A stretch of 63,081 bases of DNA, filler included, from Salisapilia sapeloensis CBS 127946 (lineage: Eukaryota > Protista > Oomycota), in the NCBI GenBank assembly GCA_023334545.1. It is 9 parts of 9 records of this genome, joined end to end, with 100 filler letters (N's around TTAATTAATTAA, not from the genome) between each part and the next. Parts side by side here need not be neighbours in the genome. Positions count along the whole stretch, not along the records: positions 7,260 to 14,017 come from JAADVB010000546.1; positions 14,118 to 37,138 come from JAADVB010000272.1; 7 more parts are not named here. One strand, written 5' to 3'. Positions 10,861-23,539 of the stretch are shown piece after piece; the first letter of the stretch is position 1; each line of letters begins with the position of its first letter. Position numbers and translations under genes: made by a program. The notes under the pieces were generated by a model that saw nothing but the letters and a program-made list of their open reading frames with translations, did not search any database and had not been told where the DNA came from.

Positions 10861-13760
10861 ATATTAAAAATACCACAGACAAAAATTCTTTGTTACCCAT
10901 TTAAAAATTCTAAGTCAATAAAATGTAATGAAGACCTTTTAGCACGTCGATCTACAAGTCAATATAAATATAAAAAAAAATTTAACACAATCAATTGCAG
11001 TCCTGTTGAAAAAATACTAATACAAACCAACAAAAGTATTGCGTTCATTCCCATTTAGAATCTTAAAAAAATTGATTAAATACAAATCAGTAAAATAAAC
11101 TTATACTGAAAAAAATAAATGTAAGATTGCAAGAAACTATTGAGTACATCTAACACAACTGTAACTAGTTAAGAGCATAAAAACACTGTAAATTAAAATA
11201 CAATCACATACGTAGAAAGCAAAATTTTTTTTGAGTTTTATTTTTTTGAAAATAAAATTGTTTAATAATCAAAAAGATAACACAATATAATTTCTCTACA
11301 TATAAAATAAAAACAGCACATATCATACAAATTTAGTAAAACATTTTTAAAGAGCAATATTGTAAGTTAGATATTAAAAGTATAAAGAACATTTAAGTAA
11401 TACGTTTTGAACTTTAAAAAGATGTTTTTATGATACAACTGTGATTGTTCACGTATAACAAACAACACAGGATGGTAAAAAACCATAATCATTTTCAAAT
11501 TTATTGTAATGTGGAATATGTATGTTTATTTTAACATTATAAGATTGATTGTTTTTGCAAGCATTTTTAGAAGAAAGTTGAATATTTACAACCACTCATT
11601 ATAAAGATTGTTTATTTAACAATTATAGCGGTAGTTTTTAAAACAGCCTTACAAAATATATTCGAGATTCTTTGTAAGTACTGTAATCACATCATGATAT
11701 AATGTTAAAATTAAAAAAAAAAAAAGCAATTATATAAGTAAATAAAGTAGTTTAAAAAAAAATATCTTTAAAAAAATTAGAACAAATATATTAAAAAGCT
11801 TGTGTGAACAACGACTTTATGTAAATTATCTCTACACTTTTTTTAAAGAAAAATTAAAACACAAATAGTTTAAACATCAGTAGACCTTTACAAAATACAC
11901 ACTTCTTTGTATAATAGAACTGTTTATATGTTTTTAAAATTTTAATAAGCAACAAATTTTAATTTATAAATATAATAACCTTTTTAAAGTACCTATTTTT
12001 AAAATAGTATATTTGCAACATACCATTAAAACAATTTTAATATACACGTTGTAGTGTACACAAAGTGTTTTAACACACATAACACAAACCTTAACATATG
12101 AATTTTTTCTTTCTTTATTAAAATTGATGATAATAAAATTTTGTTATATATATAGACTAATAAGCTTCTTAAGTTGAAAAATTTTGGTTTTGTAAAAGTG
12201 TCATATACATCAACAGTAAATGTTTAGTTGGTATCAGCCCATCTGTAATGTCAAAAAAAAATTTCATAGTATAACAAGTAACTTGGATAAATCGATATTA
12301 CAAAGTACAAAGGGTATTGACTGGGCTAATTTAAACATTTTGATATATTTAACTTGATAATGTTCGTTGACTTTACCAACTTTTGCGTAATAGTAATATT
12401 ACTATCTGTATTTTGTTTTCCTTCTTTTTTAATAGAATAAGATTTATTAAATGATTTAAAATGACACAGTGCAGTTTAACGTACTTTTTTTATAAATTTA
12501 ATTGTATACTGTTTGTGTTTAAGACGCTTTTAATCAGTTAGTGCCGTTATATTTATTTTATATTAGAAAATAAAACAACATAAGCATTTTAAATATACAA
12601 ATTTATAAAAATCAAATAATGCAAATATGTAATTATTATTAAATCTAATTTTTTCATCGCTAGCTTTTATACATCTCTTTATTAATAATAGGGTACCCGT
12701 TGACAAGATATTAGACTAAAGTGATCGCTTACACTTCATAACAAAGTGTCTATTATAGTGTATTTATTGTTTCTCACAAAAATAACCATGTGCAAAATGA
12801 TATATATTATGTTGATTTTGTTCAGTTAAAAATATATTTTGTAAGAAGTTTTTCTTAAGAACTTAGCATAAGACGTTTCACATGCATATTAGTTACGGAA
12901 GTATTTTGTCTTCACCAAGTGCATGTTAATTTATATGACTGCTTTTAGTATATTTGTTACATGATATGAAATATTTAACCAGTTGTTGCCTATAATTGTA
13001 CTGTTTTAATTATTAATGTACAACAACAAGGTGCAACGTGCCTGACGTTGTAAGTCTAAATTTTATAGGAAGCTTTTTACGTCAAATTAAATAATCTGTT
13101 TACACATGACTAAACAAGAGTTTTAAATTCATTTACTAGAATGTTAGCTAAACAACAGATGCAAATGTAGTAGTAGTATGCTTTTTTTGTTATATGCAAA
13201 ATATTTTTTAGCATTTAAAAATTAAATCGACACTGAAACATGAACAACTTGTAAAAATGATCAAGTGTATCGCTACTTCGATATATAAAAGTTGACTGTT
13301 TATCTATTTTTTATACAATTCTTTGCTTTAATTCTTTACTCTATCAGCATAGGTGTCAGTTCCTTTAACTGTTTCCTTATTAGGTTGTTATTTGATGTAT
13401 GTAAAAATTTTGACCACAAGTTATGTCTTAACCTTTTAAGCATGAATTGTCTCGGATAATACACGTGTCATGTACATCATTCTAAACTGATCTACGTGAA
13501 TGTCTAAATTTTTTAGCTGTAGTTTTGTAATCGACTGATAGAGTTATGCATTTAATTTATGCTCTTGTATTTACTTTCTGTTCTGACGCAACTAGCAACA
13601 CGAGCTTTCGTATTACTTTCTCTGTTGGAGCCTATAAACAATAATGGTTAAACTACTTTCTACAATCATCGATTTAAGTAATTTGACTACAAATTTTGAA
13701 AATCGTCCAAAAGCTTGTTTTCTTTAGCAGCGATGATTAGTTCTTAACGCTATTTTTTGC
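10860..13760. other. Extremely AT-rich, ORF-less island (possible hypermutated relic)
   Basis: Hand counts give 43/240 G+C at 11701-11940 and 46/240 at 12421-12660. No ORF of 60 aa or more in any frame between 11058 and 13855. Long A and T runs. Boundaries approximate. Confidence 0.85.
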
Positions 13761-13769
13761 TACATGGTA

Positions 13770-14017
<248 letters not shown>

Positions 14018-14117
14018 NNNNNNNNNNNNNNNNNNNNNNNNNNNNNNNNNNNNNNNNNNNNTTAATTAATTAANNNNNNNNNNNNNNNNNNNNNNNNNNN
14101 NNNNNNNNNNNNNNNNN
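14018..14117. other. Artificial contig linker
   Basis: N44-TTAATTAATTAA-N44. Confidence 0.99.
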
Positions 14118-14619
14118 AGACAGTCTGATATTGATTTGTGGGTATAGTCAGTGAAAGCTAGCTTGAGGCTAGATTTCCTTGATGGTGCGAGCGATCCGCT
14201 CGCGATGGTAACCGATGAACTTTCGATCATCGCAATATCTGTCTTGCTAAGTAGTATTGAAACTCACGTTTTCTTTTGGATCCATTGAAAACAACTCCTG
14301 CAGCGCCGAATAGAAGCCGGATACTGATGATCGCATCGAAAGCAGCATGGATTACATTTATAATATCACAAAACTTTACAGATTTCATTTGCTGTTAGAT
14401 CATTATTACTAAAGACTCTGTGATAGAAAGCACAGCTACGACTAGAATACATGAAGATAGCCGAATGCAAATCTATCCCTAACTTCTTATCCTGGAAGTA
14501 GAGCTGAAGCTTTCATCATGTGTATTCCAGCCAATCATTATATCCAACGACATTATTTCCACCAATACGTGTACTCCTTCTTGACAGCAAAACAAGCAAT
14601 CGAACAGATACATCTATCG

Positions 14620-15724
14620 ATGGACTCGTTTACGACCTTCCCTAGCTCTACTGAGCTCGATAAAGAGCGTTATGGTCTCACGCAGGCGGAGGAGGAGCGA
14701 TATGACAGCTTCTTCCAAAAAATATCTCATTCAAACGGGAAAGCATCACGCAACTCCGCCTTTGACTTCTTTCGCAAGTCCGCATTAAATGAACAGGTGC
14801 TCTCCATACCTCTACAATGCCTGCTACTCGTGCATTTATTATATATTATGCATTAGAAACTACAAGACTTGGTGGAAAGTGTCAAGTCGCTTCAATTACA
14901 TCCTTCCTCGGAATTGAATCGATCCGAGTTCATCGCAGTCATGCATCTAATTGTTTGCATGACAAAGCGCGGCTTACCTGAGCTCCCGCACTCGTTCCCA
15001 GTCTCCCTATTCCCAACACTAAACATGTCTCCTACGCCATCTGCAGCTGTAGATGAAACTCCATCACTTCTCTCTCCTCCATCTCACGACAAACGAAGCC
15101 AGCCATTCTCCCTTGAAGACGCTACCTCCACTTCCAAATCCGTTGACCAACTCACGAACGCTACATCTCTTACCCAGCTCCTGCATACTGCTGTATATCC
15201 TTCTGTACATTTCAATTTTGCAGCGTAGTAACTAGTATTCTCTATAGAATGAAACGCAGTCGAAAGTGTACGATGGAGTTAGTCAAGTAGACGCCTCGTC
15301 CTCTGAAATACTTCAGAACCTCCAGCAGACACTATATGCTTTAGTCCGTAGCATTGAAAATGACTTTGACGTAACGATCCCAGCGTCTGCCAAGTCCCTG
15401 GACAATCTCCATGAACTCAGTACGATCTTACGTGATGAAATCTCCTCTATTCGACAGGAAGTTCAGAGCCTCCAGATCTCGCATCAGATGCAAACGGCCG
15501 TGTCAGATAGTGTGTATGATACACCGACCGAGGAAGGAGACCAGTTCGAAAGCATCGCTAGTCTCAGCAGTGAGCTCATGCAGCTCCAACAGCAGATGCA
15601 AAGGCTGCAACTACGGAAGGACGAGCTATTACAACAAGGTGCCAAGGTAGAACGCAAGAGTAACAAGTACGTCGCTGTTCCATCAGATGGGAACAACATG
15701 TTTCATGCTTTGGGTAGCATGTGA
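14620..15724 (+). CDS. EH (Eps15-homology) domain protein with C-terminal coiled coil; three exons
   Basis: LTQAEEERYDSFFQKI...AFDFFRKSALNEQ spliced to KLQDLV...LNRSEFIAVMHLI...GLPELPHSFP resembles an EH domain. Two phase-0 GT-AG introns join ORFs 14518-14856, 14869-15228 and 15266-15724. Confidence 0.65.
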
Positions 15725-15745
15725 TCACAAGTCTAACACGTCTCT

Positions 15746-17292
15746 TCAACTTTGATATTGATCGCTTTGAGCTTTAAGTGCCGCGTGTAGTTCTTCCAAG
15801 TCATCCGGACTCATGCCATTCCGAATGTACTCGTACCGCACTCTCGCTTCCATCTTGCCTTGCATACTAGTCGCATACTCACTTAAGAACGTTCCGACTC
15901 GAGTCGATAACGCTAACTGACTCATGCCATCCACACCTTGGCTTTCAGAAGCATTGGACAGGTAGAAAGGATGAGTAGACCATTGGTAAATCGAATCAGC
16001 TGACGACATGGTTTCCATCGTGTCTTGGAACACTGTCGATACGTCAGAAAAAGCACCTCGTAGTCGCACCTGTCTTCCATACAGCTTCGTGATCGTATCA
16101 GATGAAGCGGCAGGTAGTAGCGAATGGTCTTGCCATTGTCTTGCTACGTCTGGCCACTGGTGGAGACTGTCGTCCTTTGTTCCAAACAATGCTAGACGAT
16201 CTGTATGTGTCTTGGGAAAAGCAGCACTTAGGTCCAACACGTTAAAACTACTTGCCATCCCGTCTACGATACCATACTCGAAGCGCTTGTTGCTATAAGT
16301 GGACAATGCAATGCCCAAGGCAGTAGCGACGGATGAACTCTGACTGTATAAATTCTCTTGTGCGTGTCTCACACCAGGAGATGTATACATTCCGATCGGA
16401 AAGACAACGTCAGATAAGTGGGAAACATTTACAAAGGAAGATGCAAAGTTAATGTTGCGTCTCGCATGGAGTTTGCCCATGTCACGAACTTCATCGTGAC
16501 TGTAGGAATCGGACAATGGGTATTCGTAATCATTCAGAATGGATAGTTTCACAGCGTTTCGGACTTCATCGCTGAGGTACGTGAGTACTTCCTGGGCTAG
16601 CCCGCCAAAGGAAGAAGTGGCATCTACCATCGTTTGGATGCAACGGATGCTGTCGCTTTCTTCCAGGATCGTGCGGAGCCGATCTTCAATCGCGTCCATA
16701 GTGTCGACGGAGATGTTGCCACCACTGCTGGATAAAGTTCCTTCGTAGTAGTTGTGGAGTGGGAGGTGTGAACGGAACTCGTCGATTTCGAATAGATTGT
16801 CTGCAGTGAAGAGAGACCAGTCCCAGCGACCACTAGACTCAGTATCATCCATCACTTCACCTTCGCTCTGGTCATATACCTCGACATTGCCGCTCCTACA
16901 AATGTGTTAATAAACACAGATAAACTTTCGATGGAGTTTAATACCAATTGGAAGCTTCGTCAGCGTCGTTTGGCTTCGGTCTGGACATGGTCCGGCGACG
17001 GATGCGGCCTACATTAACATATTTGCATTAGATGGATTGTTGGATTGATGGTATATACAAGTAAAGTACCCTTTGCTTCGAAAGCAAGCACACGCGCTGA
17101 GCTATCACTGGCGTTGGACGCATCGACAGCCTATGATTGCATTTAGATTTTAATTACACCTGTGAGAATTTAAACCAAAAGTGAAAGGACATTAGCGTGG
17201 CCATTAGCTTGCTGCAGTTTTGCCCACTGGGTGCCAATGGCGGTTGATGCCGTGCCAAATTCGAGGCGAAGTGTCTCCGATCCTGTGCTCAT
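15746..17292 (-). CDS. MSTO1: Misato/DML1 tubulin-FtsZ-like protein; spliced 5' end
   Basis: RWDWSLF, EDRLRTILEESDSIRCIQTMVDATSSFGG match Misato. The putative first exon MSTGSETLRLEFGTASTAIGTQWAKLQ aligns with the Misato N-terminal motif. Confidence 0.8.
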
Positions 17293-18090
17293 GTCGAAAT
17301 GTACTTCTTAGATGTCAAATTGTTTTGTCCAATGGTAGATGTATATTTTGAATTTCATCCAATCCGATTGAAGAAAGCTAGGATCTCCATGCATGCAGGT
17401 TCGTGAAGGCATCGTTATCCGTGTAGCGATGTACTTTGTCCATCTACGATCTATTTGATCATATGATTACCCTGAAGCGGTATATATGTATTCAGACAAT
17501 GATTTTGGAAGCATAAAAGATGATAGTGAGTTGTGACAGGATAGAAGTCCGTCTAGTAGATACGCTAAGTAGTATGCGTCAGTCATGCGAAGCGCCACTC
17601 CCAAGGTATCGCTCTGTAACACATATAACATGACGTATCCTTGCGCTGCAATTTTCTCTGTATGTCCTGCTATAAGAAAGTTTTCGAATGTGATGACTAT
17701 AAACGTACGGTGCTACTTGCTAAATGCTTTTCGTTGAGTACCGCCGTAACTTCGTTCACCCTTTCGACTTTATAATGCCAGACGTACATGTAGGAATCTT
17801 GAACTAGGCAGAATGGAAATTAAGTTTTATGCTGGGAGAAACTCTTATGTAACTGGCACCATCATCGGGATTGATCGGTGATATTGACATGGCAGCTCAA
17901 CTGTTCTAAACTTGCTTGATATCTACCAATTTGCTGTCTTCTAGTCGACTTTTTAATTGAGAGTACGTCGTGCTTACTTAACTATAACATTTGCAAACAG
18001 ATTGATACTTGAATGTTTAAACTGCCTCTATCTGTGTATATGCGAATTATCCTAGGTCCATACATCGCTACTCGTACTTCGAAGTTACCA

Positions 18091-18106
18091 CTTCATTCTA
18101 TAATTC
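18091..18106 (+). promoter_or_regulatory. Oomycete Inr+FPR core promoter element (near-consensus)
   Basis: CTTCATTCTATAATTC versus consensus GCTCATTYBNNNWTTY, ~50 nt upstream of ATG 18159. Confidence 0.55.
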
Positions 18107-18158
18107 GCAGTAACCACGAAAGCTATTAGCAACCCGATTCCGTTCACATCGGCTTGCA

Positions 18159-18929
18159 ATGCCGCTTTCATACTCCCCTGCCGTGTTGGTACTTGTCTTG
18201 CTCACAACGCTCATACCAAAGGATGTCGTCTCTTACGCTACTGTCGGAGATGAGGAGCGCAGCGATGATGGATCCAATAGCTTTAATAGTGGAAGCATGT
18301 CTAATAGCTTTGATGATGAGGATGCATCCGGTAGCCAAAGCAAGGTTAGTGGCTTCGTAGGTGAAGATGAACCGTCAGACTACTGTCTGAATCATGAAAC
18401 GGCCGTGGTCGACATCATTGGAGAATTTCGATTCAAAAATAATTTGGATGAGCTCGAGGAGGACCCTAAGCTTACCCAAGTAACACAATATAATGCCCAG
18501 CAGATGGATGTTCAAAGCCAATTTATACAGCTAACGATGGATCAAGCTGGCAAGCAACTCGCTGAATATAACATTATAGGCATTTGCGAGTCTTTCCTAG
18601 ATTTTAACAGAAAACCACAAGATCTACCGAACTACATACTCGAAAGAAATAGTCAGGCAAGAAACCTTGTGAGTAGTCACAGTACAACTCATTATGGTTT
18701 TGGCTGTTCCGGAAAGTATACCGTCTACTACGTGTGCAATCTCAATCCTCCAATCTACAGTGACGGCGAAACTGAAAGTGGGAGCGGATCTGCAAATGAG
18801 AGCGCCATTGGAAGTGCAAGTGGTAGTCAAAGTGAAGCTGGTCTTGATTCTATCGATGATGATAAAATTGGCGTCGAGGGCGAAGTAGGCGATGAGGACG
18901 ATGGTGATGAAGATGCTTCTGCATTCTAA
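18159..18929 (+). CDS. Secreted protein with divergent CAP/SCP (PR-1-like) domain and acidic Ser/Gly tails
   Basis: Hydrophobic N-terminus. VVDIIGEFRFKNNLDELEEDPKLTQVTQYNAQQM and ARNLVSSHSTTHYGFG match the CAP helix and strand pattern. Confidence 0.6.
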   Translation: MPLSYSPAVLVLVLLTTLIPKDVVSYATVGDEERSDDGSNSFNSGSMSNSFDDEDASGSQSKVSGFVGEDEPSDYCLNHETAVVDIIGEFRFKNNLDELEEDPKLTQVTQYNAQQMDVQSQFIQLTMDQAGKQLAEYNIIGICESFLDFNRKPQDLPNYILERNSQARNLVSSHSTTHYGFGCSGKYTVYYVCNLNPPIYSDGETESGSGSANESAIGSASGSQSEAGLDSIDDDKIGVEGEVGDEDDGDEDASAF

Positions 18930-20795
18930 GACAAAATTATGGTACAGGACGTGGTAACGTAGACAGGCAACAAGTGTTCCCGATCATTGAGTGGGCTTAT
19001 AAAACGAAACCGAGTATAAGCGTGAAGTACAGTTTATAAACTCTAAATCGAAGCTGGGAAATCATAATTTCAACCAAAAATTATAGTAAACAGTAGGTGA
19101 ATGCTTTAGTGTATGCATTGCCTGTCAATTTCTTGACTACCTGATTGCAGATAGCTTAAAGTTGCGTCTATCATGTAAGCTTCAAAGAGCTTCTATTGCT
19201 TTAAAGAACTATGTCAATGGAGTTTAATAGGCTGCATACAGAGCTTCGAAGGAAGTGCAAGTCTTATAAGTATATCTATGCCATTAGTCAGGCTTGTGCG
19301 ACGAATGGTTAAACTAATTTTTGTCGTAGCTCTTGCTGGTCATTGGTTTCGTAGTGTAGCTTTACTTTCAGCAGCAAATTAAAATATCATACAAGAAATG
19401 TCTTCCGTTCAGTAATTGAGTTGTCACCATTAATCGAGTATGTCGTTACGCAACCACATTGATCGCGCAAAATACTCTGGTATACAATTCCATTCTTAGG
19501 ATACCACTGCAACTGGTTTACTTGCAACTAGATCAATCCTCCATTTTTAAATTGGGCTCTCAAGTATTTTGATATGTACAATTAAGGATCGTTCTAGTCA
19601 TAGATATAAAAATTTGAATGTGATAGGTCGATCTTCCTTCACTCGCACTATGACTTCGTTGTGTCAACCAATTTTTAAAAAGTCTAGGGGTGTGCGAAAA
19701 GAAGGTCTGGATTACGAGCATTGCCAGAGAACCACGCTTTGCCTTCTTATCTCGTTATTTGTTCATAGAAAATGAGACTTCTTACGCAGTAGATTAATGG
19801 GAACCCACTTATTTTTAAGGACGATTAACGTGTGTATTTAGACTTTTAAATCTACTAGCTAATTGCATGGCTCTTGCAATCTATAAGAGGGTCACTCTAC
19901 AGCGTGAGCAAGTGCTGTAGCGGAAATGTCCGCGCAAGCTCCGTTGTCGCCTAGGTGGAATCGAAGGTCGTGTTGTCGAAATGGTAAACCACTGAAGCTA
20001 AAAAGTATATAAACTTATTACGCATGTTTAACTATCATTGTTTAGTTTTATTTATCTTTACAAAAGTGGAAATGATAAGAACAGGAACGCAATCTTTGTT
20101 ACATAAGAGAATAGTATCAATAGAAATGACCGAAAAGACCTACTAAGCGCAAATGTTCCTAGTAGACATGTGATTTATTGTCCAGGTGCCAGTCTGCTTC
20201 ATATCATTGCTAAATGACTCTATTTAGCCGATCGATTGACACTTACATATATTTGCAGTCTCGATGAAGGAGCTACACTATTTGAACTTTACGACACCAC
20301 CCTTTCAGTCTGTTGGTTTGCAGCCGTTTATGCCGTGGATGGGTTACATGAGGCGTAGCTGATTTGCGAATGCACTCCGTTACACTGGTTGTGGTAGTCC
20401 AAAGACTTCATTCATGAAGAGAGCGAGAACTAGCTAGCCTGTCTGTACATTGAATACGAGAGTAGGAATACCTTTAAAAAGATATTATTTCAAGGCTGAT
20501 CTTGCTACCTCTTGCTACCGCCACTTTTAAATCAACGTTTGAAATCAATGAAGTCTCTCTTATTGGAAAAGACTTGCGTGGTGGTTGGTGAGAGTGGGTC
20601 TTAAGTAACTGATTCAGCAGTGACACATTTGCATAAAAGCGCTTCAATACACTTTTTCTAGGCACAATATAAACAAGTGAAGCTAATGGAACCCATAACA
20701 TAGTTGCGTACATGGTGATCTAATTCTTCTATTTGACACTTAAATCCATATACTGCATTACTCTTCGACGTGATCTCATTCTAACTGTTAGCTGT

Positions 20796-22741
20796 CTATT
20801 TTCCTTGACGGAGGAATGCATCCAAAGGTCCAACCTTTCGCTTCTTAGTTGGTTTACTATTTAATGCACTTGCCTGGGATTGCGTTCGCTGGCCTCTACT
20901 TAACGCGACTGCCACATGGTAATCGCTATGTTCTTCTCTAGGCACATGAATCTGTCGACGACATTCATCACAATAAAAACCTTCACCTTCCACTTTTCGT
21001 TCCGCTTGCTCTTTCAAATCAACTGCAGTTTGCTCATTCGACAAGAGAAACCTTGCTATCGTGCTTTCCTTACTTCCATTCTGTTTACTCCCCATGATCT
21101 GATTCATTGTCTTAAACTCTTCTTCCATCGGATGCTCTTCGCCTTTACTTCCATCCGATGGAAGAGTCTTGGTAGAAAAGAAAGATGTGATACTACTATT
21201 CGACTTTCCTCCATCCAACTCGACAAAGTCTTTCAGTGACATGGCTAACGATACGCATGGTAATAGCTGATCTTGTCCTCGACTCTCCAGAGCTGACAAT
21301 GCCGCCGCAGCCAATGTATCCTTTGTGGATGTTTGAGAGAATGGCATTCGAATGGGAGGAGACTTACTGACGTTGGCGCATCCACACTCCAGGATAACTT
21401 TAGTTGGAAACCGACCATTGTCCACCTTTTCCTTTTCGACGCGAAGAAGAACTGCATTCGAGAGCAGATGGATCCAATACTCTAGCTGCTGCATAGTCGT
21501 CAAAGCCGGTGTCTGTCTAAAAAGCTTCATGACGTTAATCACACGCATGAAACTCTTTGTCCAGTCCACTGGTTCATCTCCATCATCTCCTCTGCACACG
21601 CGTAGAGCGAATGCAGCTGCTTTCGGGCCAATCGAAGAGCTTAGGTCTTCCAATGTCAAGTTATCCACAAGCGCTTGAGCTGTCACCTGTGCTTTATCTG
21701 ATTCATTTGTACTGGAAGATGAAAAATGCGATAGGTATATCTCTTCTAACTGTTTTCCTAATTTGCCCCCGAGACCTCGAATCTGTCGAATCGGGTACGT
21801 CGCCATGAAAGACGTCAGGAAACGTGGAGAGATGACCATTTGGCCATTCGGTTTATTCATCGGTGACGCGAGCTTCGCTAATAGCTTGTTTGGCGCAATG
21901 CCAGTGGAGCTAGTAAAACCAAGCGTTTGGAATATCTCTTGACGTATCTCGCGAGCGATGGTCGCGCCTGCACACAGTAGTTGTTCTTGGTGGTTTAAAG
22001 GGAAGGATCCGGATAAGATTTCTTGGTCATTGGATACGCCAAACACTTTCGTATCACTGTTTTGACTATCGAGGCAATAGTCGGATAGGAGACTATCGTC
22101 GGTCTTTGGCTGTTTTAAAGCAAGATGAGAAGGTTACGTGATGGTTTTATGATAACAGCGTACATTTTGTCGCTTTAGTCGTTCAGCTGCAAGGTCTGAA
22201 ATGTCCAAGTAGGCTTCATCGACACTTCCTTTTTCACAAATAGGAGCTCGTTTTCGTAAGACATCGAAGATCTCTTTGCTTGCATCTCGATATCGTTGGA
22301 GGAAGGCCATTTGATTCGCACGATCAAAGAGTTTACCACTACGATTTTCACCCAACGTATCTACATGAGGCTATAAGATGGATTAGTGCAACTTCTTGGT
22401 ATGCAAAATGTGAACAAGAAGCATACAAGATGGAGATCTGGGCATTTCCGCTTAGCTTCCCAACTCGGTTCACCTATTGAAATATACACAGCTAAGATGC
22501 AAACACAATGGATAGCTTGTAGAGTGAATATACTTCGTGAAATGCCGAATTTCCTAGCAGGATAGTTAACAGCGAGCAGTGCACCCCATTGTTGGACGGC
22601 CAACGGTGCTTCTTGCGGAAGACCGAGACGCCGTGTTTCTACTTGTGCATAGAAGCAATCCAAGTCGAGATGGACGATTACTCGATGCTCGGCTTTAGGC
22701 TGATCTGACTTGGATGGACTACTTGTTCGTCTCTTCATCAC
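20796..22741 (-). CDS. POLH: Y-family translesion DNA polymerase eta; multi-exon
   Basis: VIVHLDLDCFYAQVE, LAVQQW, AVNYPARKFGI, RYRDAS, EKGSVDEAYLD, STGIAPNKLLAKLAS..NKPNGQ, C-terminal UBZ (CDECRR...EHSDYH) and PIP-like LDAFL. Confidence 0.92.
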
Positions 22742-23539
22742 GATATTGGCGGGAAATTCGTTGTAGTTGTTGTGGTATATTTAGCTTCTGCTTAATCTAC
22801 GTCTACTTTTGGAGCTTGGTGGAAGAGGCCTCAGTCATTCCGTGGAAAGGAGTGTAGCTTACTCGACCCTTTCACAGTCTTTTGGTGGGAAACCTGTCAC
22901 TCAGGTAGTCGAGAATAGCAATTCTCGTGATTTCGGCGGGAATTATGCTCGTCGTCTTTGGTACAAAAGTGGTATTTTAACTGGGCTGGATCCCATTATA
23001 GGTATGTTGGTCATCGATGAGAGTTTTAGTAAGTTAACACTGTAGAGCGTTGACGATGCATTTCCTTATTTTTTTAGATGTATCAATCTCACTTGTGGAC
23101 GGGTAAAACTTTAGAAAGGCAAATCATGGTTGTCCATGAACTCGTAACTGGATATATTATTGATGGTCGAAATGGAACTGATGACTAGTTTCTCGACTTA
23201 TCAGTCTAGCTTTATGCAAAATTGTTTGCCTTCTCCTTTGGTGCAATCAGTAGATACTTTATTCATTAAAGATGATACTAATATAAGAAATAAAAGTGAA
23301 AGAAACGAGGTGTAAATTTGAGGCCAGGTTACCACTGCCAGTGTGCTATGCTTTCCTTTCTGCCTGGGCCAAAAATCAGTATTGCAAGTCATTAAACAAT
23401 CCTTAGAACTGCTTGGATTCGATTTATTATAGCAAAAGCTTTCATTCAGGCAGAGGGGTTTCTAGAATTTCCCTCTGCTTATGTGTTCCGGTCCTGCATT
23501 TCGCATCATTCTTCATCGTGTTTATTCATTGTTTTTAAA

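Noticed and set aside
10237-11058. ORFs 10237-10506, 10332-10670 and 10525-11058 as His/Thr-rich proteins
   Set aside because: All three frames are open simply because the strand lacks G (few stops); composition artefact.
12090-12200. Kinase-like DFG segment (KLLKLKNFGFVK) in the AT island
   Set aside because: No HRD/catalytic loop at the right spacing and many stops; likely pattern-matching noise.
10860-13760. Intact mitochondrial insertion, AT-rich bacterial or viral genes, or classical CpA RIP
   Set aside because: No ORF of 60 aa or more in any frame, many TAA stops even if TGA=Trp, no rRNA/tRNA-like segments recognised, and CpA is not depleted in the sample counted.
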